Positions 8,722 through 16,819 of a stretch of DNA of 64,000 nt are shown here, piece after piece (position 1 is the first letter of the stretch; every line of letters starts with the position of its first letter). Both the position numbers and the translations under genes were made by a program. A model generated the notes under the pieces. The model saw only the letters and a program-made list of their open reading frames with translations. It was not told the DNA's origin and did not search any database. This DNA comes from a virus (lineage: Duplodnaviria > Caudoviricetes), in the IMG/VR virus record IMGVR_UViG_3300032321_001270, positions 141,189-205,188 of that record. One strand, written 5' to 3'.

Positions 8722-8900
8722 TGCCGCCTGCGTTTAGTTGATTCGGCTGTGTATCCGCCCATGAAACAGGCGCCGCTGTACACAACGCTTGCTGCAATCA
8801 GCAGACCAACTATACCAATTTCTGGAAGGGCGCATACCCCGCCAATGAGAGCAAGTGCGGCGTATCCAGCGAATGTTGTATTTGGATCTGACCGTGCCAT
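8718..8900 (-). CDS. Small membrane protein (60 aa)
   Basis: MARSDPN start; about 35-aa hydrophobic stretch; basic C-terminus KRRRQ; 4-nt overlap with downstream gene. Confidence 0.55.
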   Translation of the reverse strand: MARSDPNTTFAGYAALALIGGVCALPEIGIVGLLIAASVVYSGACFMGGYTAESTKRRRQ

Positions 8901-8901
8901 T

Positions 8902-9126
8902 TTATGTCGCTTGGTTGTCGCCGTGCGGCCACACCTGTGTACGTGTAGTATCCGGCGCGGCAGGGTTAAACTGGTACTGGGGTAGCGGCAACGGTGCCTC
9001 AAGTTTAAGATGGTTTACGGCGTTATCGGAGATGTGCAGCTGCGGACCGGGCCCGCGGCGTGTACCTTCCGTATAGTTTTGTTTACGCTCTTGATACAGT
9101 TTTGCTGAACGTCCAACGTTGGCCAT
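8902..9126 (-). CDS. Small hypothetical protein
   Basis: GGAGG RBS upstream of ATG; first gene of leftward unit. Confidence 0.65.
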   Translation of the reverse strand: MANVGRSAKLYQERKQNYTEGTRRGPGPQLHISDNAVNHLKLEAPLPLPQYQFNPAAPDTTRTQVWPHGDNQAT

Positions 9127-9338
9127 AAAACCTCCAATAAGTGAGCGACCGGGTCACCGTTTAGTATACCCAGTTGCTCACCGTTCACTTGCGAGTAGTT
9201 TCTTTCATGGCAGCTGTGGCTACTTCACACATGTAGCCCAATACATTTGCCAATCCAGCGAGTCCGTAGACGAAAACACATCCCGTATATTTGAGACTGT
9301 CTTCGACCCACTGAAACTCCCACTCGTTACCCGGGTTA
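9127..9338. promoter_or_regulatory. Divergent promoter region between leftward accessory operon and terminase
   Basis: Strand switch; TATACT -10-like hexamer on the minus strand at about 9164-9169. Confidence 0.45.
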
Positions 9339-11258
9339 TTGTGGTTCATGGTTAAACCTAATAAAGCAATTAAAGCGCTTGATATGCCCTCCGCGGGCGT
9401 ACAAACGCTTATACAAGAATTAATCTCAATCGACCCAACGGACGTGAAAGCTGTTCACGAGCGTGCGGTTGTTTTGCAGCATCTTGCAAACAAACATGCG
9501 TTTCCGTCGCTTGAACCCATTCTTCCGTTAGTCTTAAACCTTAATGGACGTCCGTACAGCCTACAGAACCATTTTCCGTTTGCCCCCCTATTCAGACTAC
9601 TCACCCCTAAAAATCAGGTGTGGTGTACAGGGCGGCAGGTATCAAAATCGACCAGCCTAGCAGCGCACGGAGTTGTAGTTGCCAACTCTATCCCGTTTTT
9701 CAAAACGTTATTTATCACGCCGCTCTATGAGCAGATTCGGCGTTTCTCGAACAACTATGTGCGCCCGTTTATTGACCAGTCGCCGGTGAAAGCGCAGTGG
9801 AGTGGTACGTCAACTGAAAACTCTGTGTTGCAGCGTTCGTTCAAGAACAATTCAATGATGTTGTTCAGTTTTGCTTTGTTAGACGCTGACAGAATCCGCG
9901 GTGTTTCCGCGGATCGTGTGTGTATTGACGAAGTGCAGGATATGGATCCAGATCACGTACCGATCATCCAAGAGACAATGTCTTACTCGCGCTGGGGGAC
10001 TAGTTATTACACGGGTACTCCAAAGACGCTCGATAACTTAATTTACGGTTTGTATAAACGATCCTCACAGGCCGAGTGGTTCATTCCGTGTCATTCTTGT
10101 AAACACTGGAATATACCAGCGCTTGAATATGACTTAAACGCAATGATTGGCCCATACAGCGATCACATCAGCGAGAAGTATCCGGGCACCGTATGCGCAA
10201 AATGTCAAAAGCCCGTAAGCCCACGACATGGTCGCTGGGTGCACAGATATCCCGAACGCCGCTGGCAGTTTGCCGGGTATCACGTACCGCAGATGATTCT
10301 GCCACTTCATTTCTCCGACCCTGAAAAGTGGTCTACGCTCTTGTTGAAACGAGAAGGCTTTGGGAACATGACCCAAGCCCAGTTTTACAACGAAGTTATG
10401 GGAGAAAGTGTTGATACCGGCCAGAAGCTCATCAGCGAAACTGATTTGAAAGCTGCGTGCGTACTAGACTGGGAAAACAAGAAAGAACCAGAACCCAAAT
10501 GCTTCGCAAATCTGTCGCATTACAAACACCGCATTTTAGCGGTCGACTGGGGCGGTGGCGGAGAAGCCGGTATTAGTTTCACCGTGCTGTCTGTGCTGGG
10601 ATTCCGGCCCGATGGAACAATCGATGTGCTATGGGCCAAACGGTTGCTCATTGGTGGCGACCACTTGGCTGAAGCCGTTGAATGTATGCGCTGGTCTAAC
10701 TTGTTTAATTGCGATTTTGTCGCTCATGATTACACCGGTGCAGGCACGGTCCGTGAGACGGTCATGGTGCAGGCAGGGTTTAATCTTGACCGAGTACTTG
10801 CGATGCGGCTCGTCCGTTCCGCGTCGCAAGATTTGATGGTGTATAAACCACCAACGGAAATCAATCACCGCGCACACTACAGCCTTGATAAGACGCGGTC
10901 GTTGCTGTACACGTGTCAGGCTATCAAACTAAAGCAGATCCGGTTCTTCCAGTATGACTGGTCGTCGCAGGACTCGCCGGGTTTGATATCAGATTTCTTA
11001 GCGTTGGTAGAAGAAAAAGCCGAATCCCGATTGGGCGGCGATATTTATACCATCACTAGAAACACACTATTGACTGACGACTTTGCGCAGGCTGTCAACT
11101 TGGGGTGCGCGGCGTTGTGGCACGTAAACAACGCGTGGCCAAACTTCGCCGAGATTGCCGGCGTTGCTCGACTAAGCGCGCGCGCCGTACAAGCCGAGAC
11201 GCCGATGGACGACGACTGGGCTGACGACGCAATCGGCAACAACTATTTTGGTTATTGA
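9339..11258 (+). CDS. terL: Terminase large subunit (lambda GpA-like, with Zn-ribbon insertion)
   Basis: GRQVSKST Walker A variant, RVCIDEVQD Walker B, GTPKT coupling motif, CHSC..CAKC Zn ribbon, ILAVDWG and DDFAQA nuclease acidic residues; true start may be a downstream ATG. Confidence 0.88.
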   Translation: MWFMVKPNKAIKALDMPSAGVQTLIQELISIDPTDVKAVHERAVVLQHLANKHAFPSLEPILPLVLNLNGRPYSLQNHFPFAPLFRLLTPKNQVWCTGRQVSKSTSLAAHGVVVANSIPFFKTLFITPLYEQIRRFSNNYVRPFIDQSPVKAQWSGTSTENSVLQRSFKNNSMMLFSFALLDADRIRGVSADRVCIDEVQDMDPDHVPIIQETMSYSRWGTSYYTGTPKTLDNLIYGLYKRSSQAEWFIPCHSCKHWNIPALEYDLNAMIGPYSDHISEKYPGTVCAKCQKPVSPRHGRWVHRYPERRWQFAGYHVPQMILPLHFSDPEKWSTLLLKREGFGNMTQAQFYNEVMGESVDTGQKLISETDLKAACVLDWENKKEPEPKCFANLSHYKHRILAVDWGGGGEAGISFTVLSVLGFRPDGTIDVLWAKRLLIGGDHLAEAVECMRWSNLFNCDFVAHDYTGAGTVRETVMVQAGFNLDRVLAMRLVRSASQDLMVYKPPTEINHRAHYSLDKTRSLLYTCQAIKLKQIRFFQYDWSSQDSPGLISDFLALVEEKAESRLGGDIYTITRNTLLTDDFAQAVNLGCAALWHVNNAWPNFAEIAGVARLSARAVQAETPMDDDWADDAIGNNYFGY

Positions 11259-11263
11259 CCGTT

Positions 11264-11587
11264 TTAATAGATGCGCCAACAGTATTTTTCTATCTTTTGC
11301 CGTAGCGCGGCTGAGTGCCGAATTGGAATGTCTTCAATGACATCAACTACGGCGCGCGCCGCTTTTTCAAGCGCCGCCGCAGCTTCGTCGCAATCCATTG
11401 ACGACGCGTACAGCTCCCATGCGGCGCCTGTACGAGGAACAGCGGGTGATTTTCCGTCGAGGGCGGCGTCCAGTAATCTTTGAAATATTCCGTCCGGTTC
11501 TGAGTCTCGGGCGCCGTACTTGCTGTATTTTTCCTGTGTCGCCTCGAAAGCTTTGATCAGCGTATCAAGCTTTTCCAGCGGGGTCAT
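11264..11587 (-). CDS. Hypothetical protein
   Basis: MTPLEKLD start overlapping upstream stop; convergent with terL. Confidence 0.6.
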   Translation of the reverse strand: MTPLEKLDTLIKAFEATQEKYSKYGARDSEPDGIFQRLLDAALDGKSPAVPRTGAAWELYASSMDCDEAAAALEKAARAVVDVIEDIPIRHSAALRQKIEKYCWRIY

Positions 11588-12020
11588 CGTATTCGCTGAC
11601 AACGTGCATACCCTTTTCAGTAACCGAGAAAGCAAAAGCATCTTTCTCGAAATCATATTCGGCGTCGAGGAGTCCTTGTTTCACGCCAGCCGCCATGACG
11701 TTCGACAGCAACCGGGCACCGAGAGCGCGGAACAAACCAAGCATCTTTTCTTTGTACTCTTCAAACGAGTTGGCGCCGATGCCGTACATACCGTCATGCG
11801 AAACATCGCTAAGCTCTTTTACGATGTTTTCAACCTCCCAAATCTCTAAGAACTGACGCTGATGCTCTATTGCGTCAGTTACGTTTTGACCACTCACGTG
11901 AGACAGAAAATGGCCAAACACGCACAGAACGTGATCGCGTAAACCTTCGATTGAGTTGCACACGTGGTGCTGCACGTCGTCATCGTCGTCACCGGCTTTG
12001 TTTTCAAAATCCTCAAACAT
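11565..12020 (-). CDS. Hypothetical protein
   Basis: MFEDFEN start with GAGG RBS just after upstream stop. Confidence 0.65.
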   Translation of the reverse strand: MFEDFENKAGDDDDDVQHHVCNSIEGLRDHVLCVFGHFLSHVSGQNVTDAIEHQRQFLEIWEVENIVKELSDVSHDGMYGIGANSFEEYKEKMLGLFRALGARLLSNVMAAGVKQGLLDAEYDFEKDAFAFSVTEKGMHVVSEYDDPAGKA

Positions 12021-12027
12021 TTGAACC

Positions 12028-12339
12028 TCACTTGGTTTCATTGCTGAGCCGGGCACGTGCCAGCGCGGCATCATACGAGCCGCGGGCCAAAATACGATTC
12101 TCGACGGCGATGCGCAACTGGGCGAGATAATCGGCGTACTGGCTGTCACCGTGAACACCGGCCTCTGCGCTGGAGAAGCTGTGCGGCTTGCCGGTCAGCG
12201 GGTTGTCTCCAGCGCTCATGATGCGGCCGATGGCGCCAAACTTGACATTGTGACGGTTGTCTTCCATTTCCATCTCGGTCTTGACGGCGACAGCCAACCG
12301 CTGGGCTGCTGTCTCAATTTCTTTTGCAAAATCAGCCAT
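12028..12339 (-). CDS. Hypothetical protein
   Basis: MADFAKE start with GGAG RBS. Confidence 0.65.
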   Translation of the reverse strand: MADFAKEIETAAQRLAVAVKTEMEMEDNRHNVKFGAIGRIMSAGDNPLTGKPHSFSSAEAGVHGDSQYADYLAQLRIAVENRILARGSYDAALARARLSNETK

Positions 12340-12610
12340 TATCAGTTCTCCTTGCAAGGTGGTCCCGCACCGCGGTCAAATCGCGGATAGCGGTGTCGAT
12401 CATGTGCACGGCTTCTTCTCGGTCGCCGGCATCGGACATTTCAAATATCAAAAACGCGAAGAGAGTGTCGCCACACTGGCGAATTGCGTTTTTGCTTTGG
12501 CGGTTGATGTAGTCGTGAAAGGACTCGCCAACTTCCGGCGGATCTATGCCTAGCAGATCTGAAACCGGGTATGAATCGTAAACTTCTTTTGGTATAACTG
12601 GGTTACTCAT
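12332..12610 (-). CDS. Hypothetical protein
   Basis: Overlap-coupled ORF. Confidence 0.6.
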   Translation of the reverse strand: MSNPVIPKEVYDSYPVSDLLGIDPPEVGESFHDYINRQSKNAIRQCGDTLFAFLIFEMSDAGDREEAVHMIDTAIRDLTAVRDHLARRTDNG

Positions 12611-12812
12611 CCTCTTTCCATCGTTGACGCTCTTTCCGGGTTGGAATGCGTTTGGGGAATTTTTCCGGGTGACACAGCTGGCATGAGGCGCGGTTACAGC
12701 CGTTGTGGGTTTTGCGGTAACGACCCGGTGCGCCGTATTCTCCGCCGTTTAGCTGGCGGGCTTCTTCCCGGCGGCGGAAGATGATGTGTTTTTCTTCGTG
12801 GTAGCGTTTCAT
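12603..12812 (-). CDS. Small basic Cys/His protein (possible Zn-binding)
   Basis: GRYRKTHNGCNRASCQLCHPEK motif. Confidence 0.6.
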   Translation of the reverse strand: MKRYHEEKHIIFRRREEARQLNGGEYGAPGRYRKTHNGCNRASCQLCHPEKFPKRIPTRKERQRWKEDE

Positions 12813-12813
12813 G

Positions 12814-13254
12814 TTATGGATCGCAGTAAGTGACAACGTTGCAGCCGCATTTGCTCGCTAGCTTTATGACGTCATGTGCGTAGACAGCCACGACCTTGTT
12901 TCGGTCTATGTGTCCGGCCGCAATGAGCGCTGTCAGCCCAAGCTTTGCAATTCCGCGGCGGCGATAGTCTGGGTCAACAAAACATTCCACGGTTTGTACA
13001 ATTGTCTGGCGCCCCTTGAATTTTTCAGGCCACGGGCGTGTACCCACCCAGCCAGCAAGTACATCATCCAGCCAGACTAGAGCTAGCGCCATTTCTGGGT
13101 GTGGGCCGGGTTCTGGCTCGCCGTACCGCTTGTGCAACTCTTTTTGAATCGAGCTGCTGCTGCCAGAATCAGGCCACGAAAGCCGCGACATAAGCGCGGT
13201 GACATCAATTAACGCAAGCTTGTTGATGTCTTTGATTTTGATAACAAATTCCAT
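12814..13254 (-). CDS. GNAT-family acetyltransferase
   Basis: Motif A: CFVDPDYRRRGIAKLGL; GGAGG RBS; TATAAT upstream. Confidence 0.75.
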   Translation of the reverse strand: MEFVIKIKDINKLALIDVTALMSRLSWPDSGSSSSIQKELHKRYGEPEPGPHPEMALALVWLDDVLAGWVGTRPWPEKFKGRQTIVQTVECFVDPDYRRRGIAKLGLTALIAAGHIDRNKVVAVYAHDVIKLASKCGCNVVTYCDP

Positions 13255-13288
13255 GGGCAGCCTCCGCGCTTACCCATGAATTATACAA

Positions 13289-13361
13289 AGCCGGCGGTCG
13301 GACTCGAACCGACGACCTACTGATTACAAATCAGTGGCTCTACCAACTGAGCTACACCGGC
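13289..13361 (-). tRNA. trnT: tRNA-Thr(UGU), no encoded CCA
   Basis: GCCGGTG acceptor stem, TAGCTCAGTTGGTAGAGC D arm, ACTGA-TTTGTAA-TCAGT anticodon arm, GGTTCGAGTCC T arm. Confidence 0.95.
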
Positions 13362-13367
13362 GTCACA

Positions 13368-13835
13368 TCAAACTGGTTCTGCTACCAACCCTGCGGGCCA
13401 GTAGTATGGCAGATCAATTGGCTCTAGCCAACCAAACCGCGAATAGTGGCGATAGTCTTTTCGCAGTAGGTTGCTGCGGTGACTCGCGTGAAATGTTTCG
13501 TCGCCCACCCACGGCGGGTAGCGATTAACTGTTATTTGTGCCCGCAACTGAACGTAGCTGCGCATGAATTGCGGGCACAGTGTGTCGTTGAAGCCGCGGT
13601 GAATCCACTCGCGGCAAACTACTATGGCGTATACAGTCAGCGCGGTTTCAAAACCCAACCACATTCGAACAGCCGGGTGATTGCGCCAGCTTGATGTGCC
13701 GGGCTCGTGCTCGCCGACTGGTACGCCCAAGCAGAGTAATATCTGCTTGCATTCAACCCTTTGCTTGCCTAGACGTTTATTATCCAAGCAGGCAGCCGAG
13801 GTTTTAAACCGCGGCAGCGGCAAAAAGGTTTGCAT
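13368..13835 (-). CDS. Pyrimidine-dimer DNA glycosylase/endonuclease V-like protein (MSMEG_6728 family)
   Basis: MQTFLP......LD.KRLGKQRVE..QIL, NHPAV.MW, H.SHRSNLLRKD, Y.WP. Confidence 0.85.
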   Translation of the reverse strand: MQTFLPLPRFKTSAACLDNKRLGKQRVECKQILLCLGVPVGEHEPGTSSWRNHPAVRMWLGFETALTVYAIVVCREWIHRGFNDTLCPQFMRSYVQLRAQITVNRYPPWVGDETFHASHRSNLLRKDYRHYSRFGWLEPIDLPYYWPAGLVAEPV

Positions 13836-13844
13836 GTATGCCTA

Positions 13845-14183
13845 TTAGTCCTCGTCATCAAAATTGTCGTTCTCGTCTACTTCAAAGTTTTCGTCATATG
13901 ACGGCTCGTCTTCATCTTCATCTTCATAGTCTTCGTCGTCGTCCCAGTTCTCATCGTCTTCATCGGTTTCTTCTTCGTCGTCTTCGTAGTCTTCGTCGTC
14001 GTCCTCTTCTTCTTCCTCGTCATCAAAGAAGTAGTTTGGTTTCGGCGTATCCATGAGACTGTCGTCGTCATCGTCTTCGTCGTCAACGAATTGCCATTCT
14101 TCTTCGATAAAATCGTCGTCAAGGCCGTCGTCACGTTTCGATTTAGCGTCACGGCGAAAAGAAGCTGGCTCAAGATAGCGCAT
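13845..14183 (-). CDS. Extremely acidic small protein
   Basis: More than half D/E with spaced aromatic residues (W, F, Y). Confidence 0.7.
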   Translation of the reverse strand: MRYLEPASFRRDAKSKRDDGLDDDFIEEEWQFVDDEDDDDDSLMDTPKPNYFFDDEEEEEDDDEDYEDDEEETDEDDENWDDDEDYEDEDEDEPSYDENFEVDENDNFDDED

Positions 14184-14185
14184 AA

Positions 14186-16819
14186 TTATCCGATTTCCCG
14201 GGCGGCGTTTAGATCAGACAACAAGTACTGGTCGCACAATTCTGTTGTTACAAGAATGCCGGGCATGCCGTGAACAATAGCTTCGCCTTTAAAAGCGTCG
14301 TTAGCCGTCAGCTGCTCGACAATCTGTAACCAGTTTGGTGGCAATGCTTTGCAACTATAAAAATAACGATCAATGGCCCTTTGATTCAACCACCAGTGTT
14401 CTTTTTTTCGCAAAATGTAATTTGTCGGTTGATCTTTTTTGCGCGGTTGCGGGAGTACGTCGATTTTTCCGGTTTGTATACCGGCGTAAACAGCGGCTAA
14501 AAACGCGGTATCAGCAGTGGTTTGCGTACTTAACCTGCCGGCGGCGTACTCCAGCTGGAACGTGGCGCCATACGCTGTGTTCAACCACTCCGAAACGTCT
14601 GCCAGTACCGCGAGGGTTGTGTTTTGGTCGAGGAGGCTGAGCCGCATCCTATTTTTGAGGGTGTGTTGGATGTACGCCGGCAGAACGTAACGTAGAACGG
14701 AAAAATCAGTTGATTTGCTGCTCGCGCGACCGTCAACCACTTGCCACCCGTAACTTTGCGCGGCGGCCGCGGCGATTGAGGATAGTTTTACGAGTAGCGG
14801 GCGGTTGTGGCATTTCGGAACGATTGGACTCACGCTTGTATCGTCAAACGTGCTCGATACAAATGTTGGCCACAGGCATTCGTTTGTTTTGTCGTAGATG
14901 TGTTTGCTGACGTCGGCGCGGCGCAAAATAGCTGCCTGCAAATGCTCGCAGCCCAGCATCTCACCAATTTTTACGGCAGTGTCGAAGTTTTCGCCTGTGA
15001 CGGCGGTAGCAACATGTTCGCGGCGCAAGATCGGGTTGATTAGCCCGGCGGCAACTGAAGCAAAAATACTCCACGTGAACGCATTCTCAGGACTGGGTGT
15101 GAGTAACGTTCGGATGCTTGGCGGGGCGACTTTTACCGGTTCAGGAAACGTCACGCGGCGGTGTTTTTTTGTAGGCGACAGCGTCTCTGCTGTTGTGCCG
15201 TCGTTTTTAATTTCGTAGTTAGCGAAACGAAAAACGTTTGCTTTGTCATCCCACCCAAGCCGATTTGAAACGTTGATGAATTCCGGGTTGTTCAGCTCTA
15301 TGGATATTAAGTGGCTGCGCCGATTCCATGTTCGATCAAAAACCAGCAGTTTGCGATACTGCGCGACGTGTGCTTCCGCAAACGCTAATAATCCCATGCG
15401 CTCAATTTTGTTGGCGCTGTCTGAGAACGGGAACTCTTCGCCGGCAAGATAGATGACGCCGCTGTACGTTTTTTCGCCGTCGTCTGAATGCACGATCTTA
15501 TTGATGACGACGTTCGCCGAGCATATGCGTTGATTCGTCACGCTCCACCAGCCGTCGCTACGCGGAGTGACCAACCAGCGCCACGACAGTTTTGGCGTCG
15601 TGGCCGACGGCATGGTGTTCACCTGCGACAGCACGCGATCAGCAAATCCGGCAGAAAACCGTTCTGATATCTTTTTCAGAAACACGGTCAGTTTGTCCGG
15701 CGTGATCGTCAGGCGGGAGGCGAACGAGTGCGCGGCAATCTCGCTCATACTACTCATGGCGCGGTACAAGCTTGTTTGCCATGTTTCTGCGTTTACGCGC
15801 ATGGCGGTGAGTCGGCTCAGCGCGTCTGTACTTAGCCGGCGCTGTAACCGCTGCGTCTGCGACATAATCGTTACGTAACCGCGGGCTGTGCAGGCGCGGC
15901 TTACAAGTTCTGGATTTATGGCGCGACTCTGGAAGATTCGGCTCAATGGCGGAAAAGAATGCCAGTTCAACCCGTAGCTGTTGGCTTCATGTCCGGTATA
16001 GCTGCACATTAACGGGAGCAGGGGTAGTCCACGCTGCAGGTGCTCGCATTGCATGCTCAGCGCCCAGAACGGATTGTCGACAATGAACTGGGTATTTTTT
16101 AACAGCTCTCCGACTGGTTGCAGCGCGGTCTTGAGCAGGAAGTACCCGGCTTCTGGTCGGCGGCGTTTGTACCCGGTGGTTGGCACGAAAGTTTGTTTGG
16201 CTTCAAACTCTTCGGTGTATTGCACAAGTAAGACGCCGGTAAGCCGTCCGGGCAAGTCGTAATATGGAAAGACAAGACTCGTGCCTTTTGGGCGGACGCT
16301 TCGCGGTTTTGCCCTGCCAAGCGCGCGGCAGATCTTTTCAATCTGATCCGGGTACGCCACGCCAACTAGTCCGGCCGCGTTGATCTCATGTTGCACGCCC
16401 AGCTCGCGGAGGCGGCACGCGATTAAGTCGTCGCTGTGGTTCCATATCTGCGCTTCGGCGTCAAACCAAAAGTTCTCTATTTCACGGTGCCGGGTTATGG
16501 CGCGGTCGTACTCGCCCGCCATATTGTCTTTTTCGCCGTGATTTACGAGATTTAGGTCAGCGAACCTGTTAAGCGCGTCGGGTAGGCTTGTATTCCATAA
16601 TGACGCGCCAAAGGTTATGATATCTCCATGGACTTGACACGAATTACAGTGCAGCCATATACCGTCTGTGGCTAGGTCGTCAAACAGGTGCAGAGTATTC
16701 TGTTGACATAACGGACAATTCACGACGGCCGGAAAAGTCACATTTTCTGGCGCAACGCCCAACGCCGATAGGGCGCTCACATGGTGTTGTCGGCTGACTA
16801 AACAGGTAGGAAAACCCAT
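14186..16819 (-). CDS. Primase/helicase-like protein: N-terminal Zn finger, DnaG-like core, DUF927-like C-terminus; catalytic motifs appear degenerate
   Basis: CPLC..CNSC zinc-binding domain; LVFPYYDLPG; LGWD....F; no intact TOPRIM E/DxD or Walker A seen. Confidence 0.55.
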   Translation of the reverse strand: MGFPTCLVSRQHHVSALSALGVAPENVTFPAVVNCPLCQQNTLHLFDDLATDGIWLHCNSCQVHGDIITFGASLWNTSLPDALNRFADLNLVNHGEKDNMAGEYDRAITRHREIENFWFDAEAQIWNHSDDLIACRLRELGVQHEINAAGLVGVAYPDQIEKICRALGRAKPRSVRPKGTSLVFPYYDLPGRLTGVLLVQYTEEFEAKQTFVPTTGYKRRRPEAGYFLLKTALQPVGELLKNTQFIVDNPFWALSMQCEHLQRGLPLLPLMCSYTGHEANSYGLNWHSFPPLSRIFQSRAINPELVSRACTARGYVTIMSQTQRLQRRLSTDALSRLTAMRVNAETWQTSLYRAMSSMSEIAAHSFASRLTITPDKLTVFLKKISERFSAGFADRVLSQVNTMPSATTPKLSWRWLVTPRSDGWWSVTNQRICSANVVINKIVHSDDGEKTYSGVIYLAGEEFPFSDSANKIERMGLLAFAEAHVAQYRKLLVFDRTWNRRSHLISIELNNPEFINVSNRLGWDDKANVFRFANYEIKNDGTTAETLSPTKKHRRVTFPEPVKVAPPSIRTLLTPSPENAFTWSIFASVAAGLINPILRREHVATAVTGENFDTAVKIGEMLGCEHLQAAILRRADVSKHIYDKTNECLWPTFVSSTFDDTSVSPIVPKCHNRPLLVKLSSIAAAAAQSYGWQVVDGRASSKSTDFSVLRYVLPAYIQHTLKNRMRLSLLDQNTTLAVLADVSEWLNTAYGATFQLEYAAGRLSTQTTADTAFLAAVYAGIQTGKIDVLPQPRKKDQPTNYILRKKEHWWLNQRAIDRYFYSCKALPPNWLQIVEQLTANDAFKGEAIVHGMPGILVTTELCDQYLLSDLNAAREIG

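Noticed and set aside
9339-11258. Intein or intron in the terminase
   Set aside because: Length is normal and no splice-junction or homing endonuclease motifs are seen; the Cys cluster fits a Zn ribbon
13289-13361. tRNA as prophage attachment site
   Set aside because: No integrase, no duplicated tRNA 3' end, and phage-like genes on both sides
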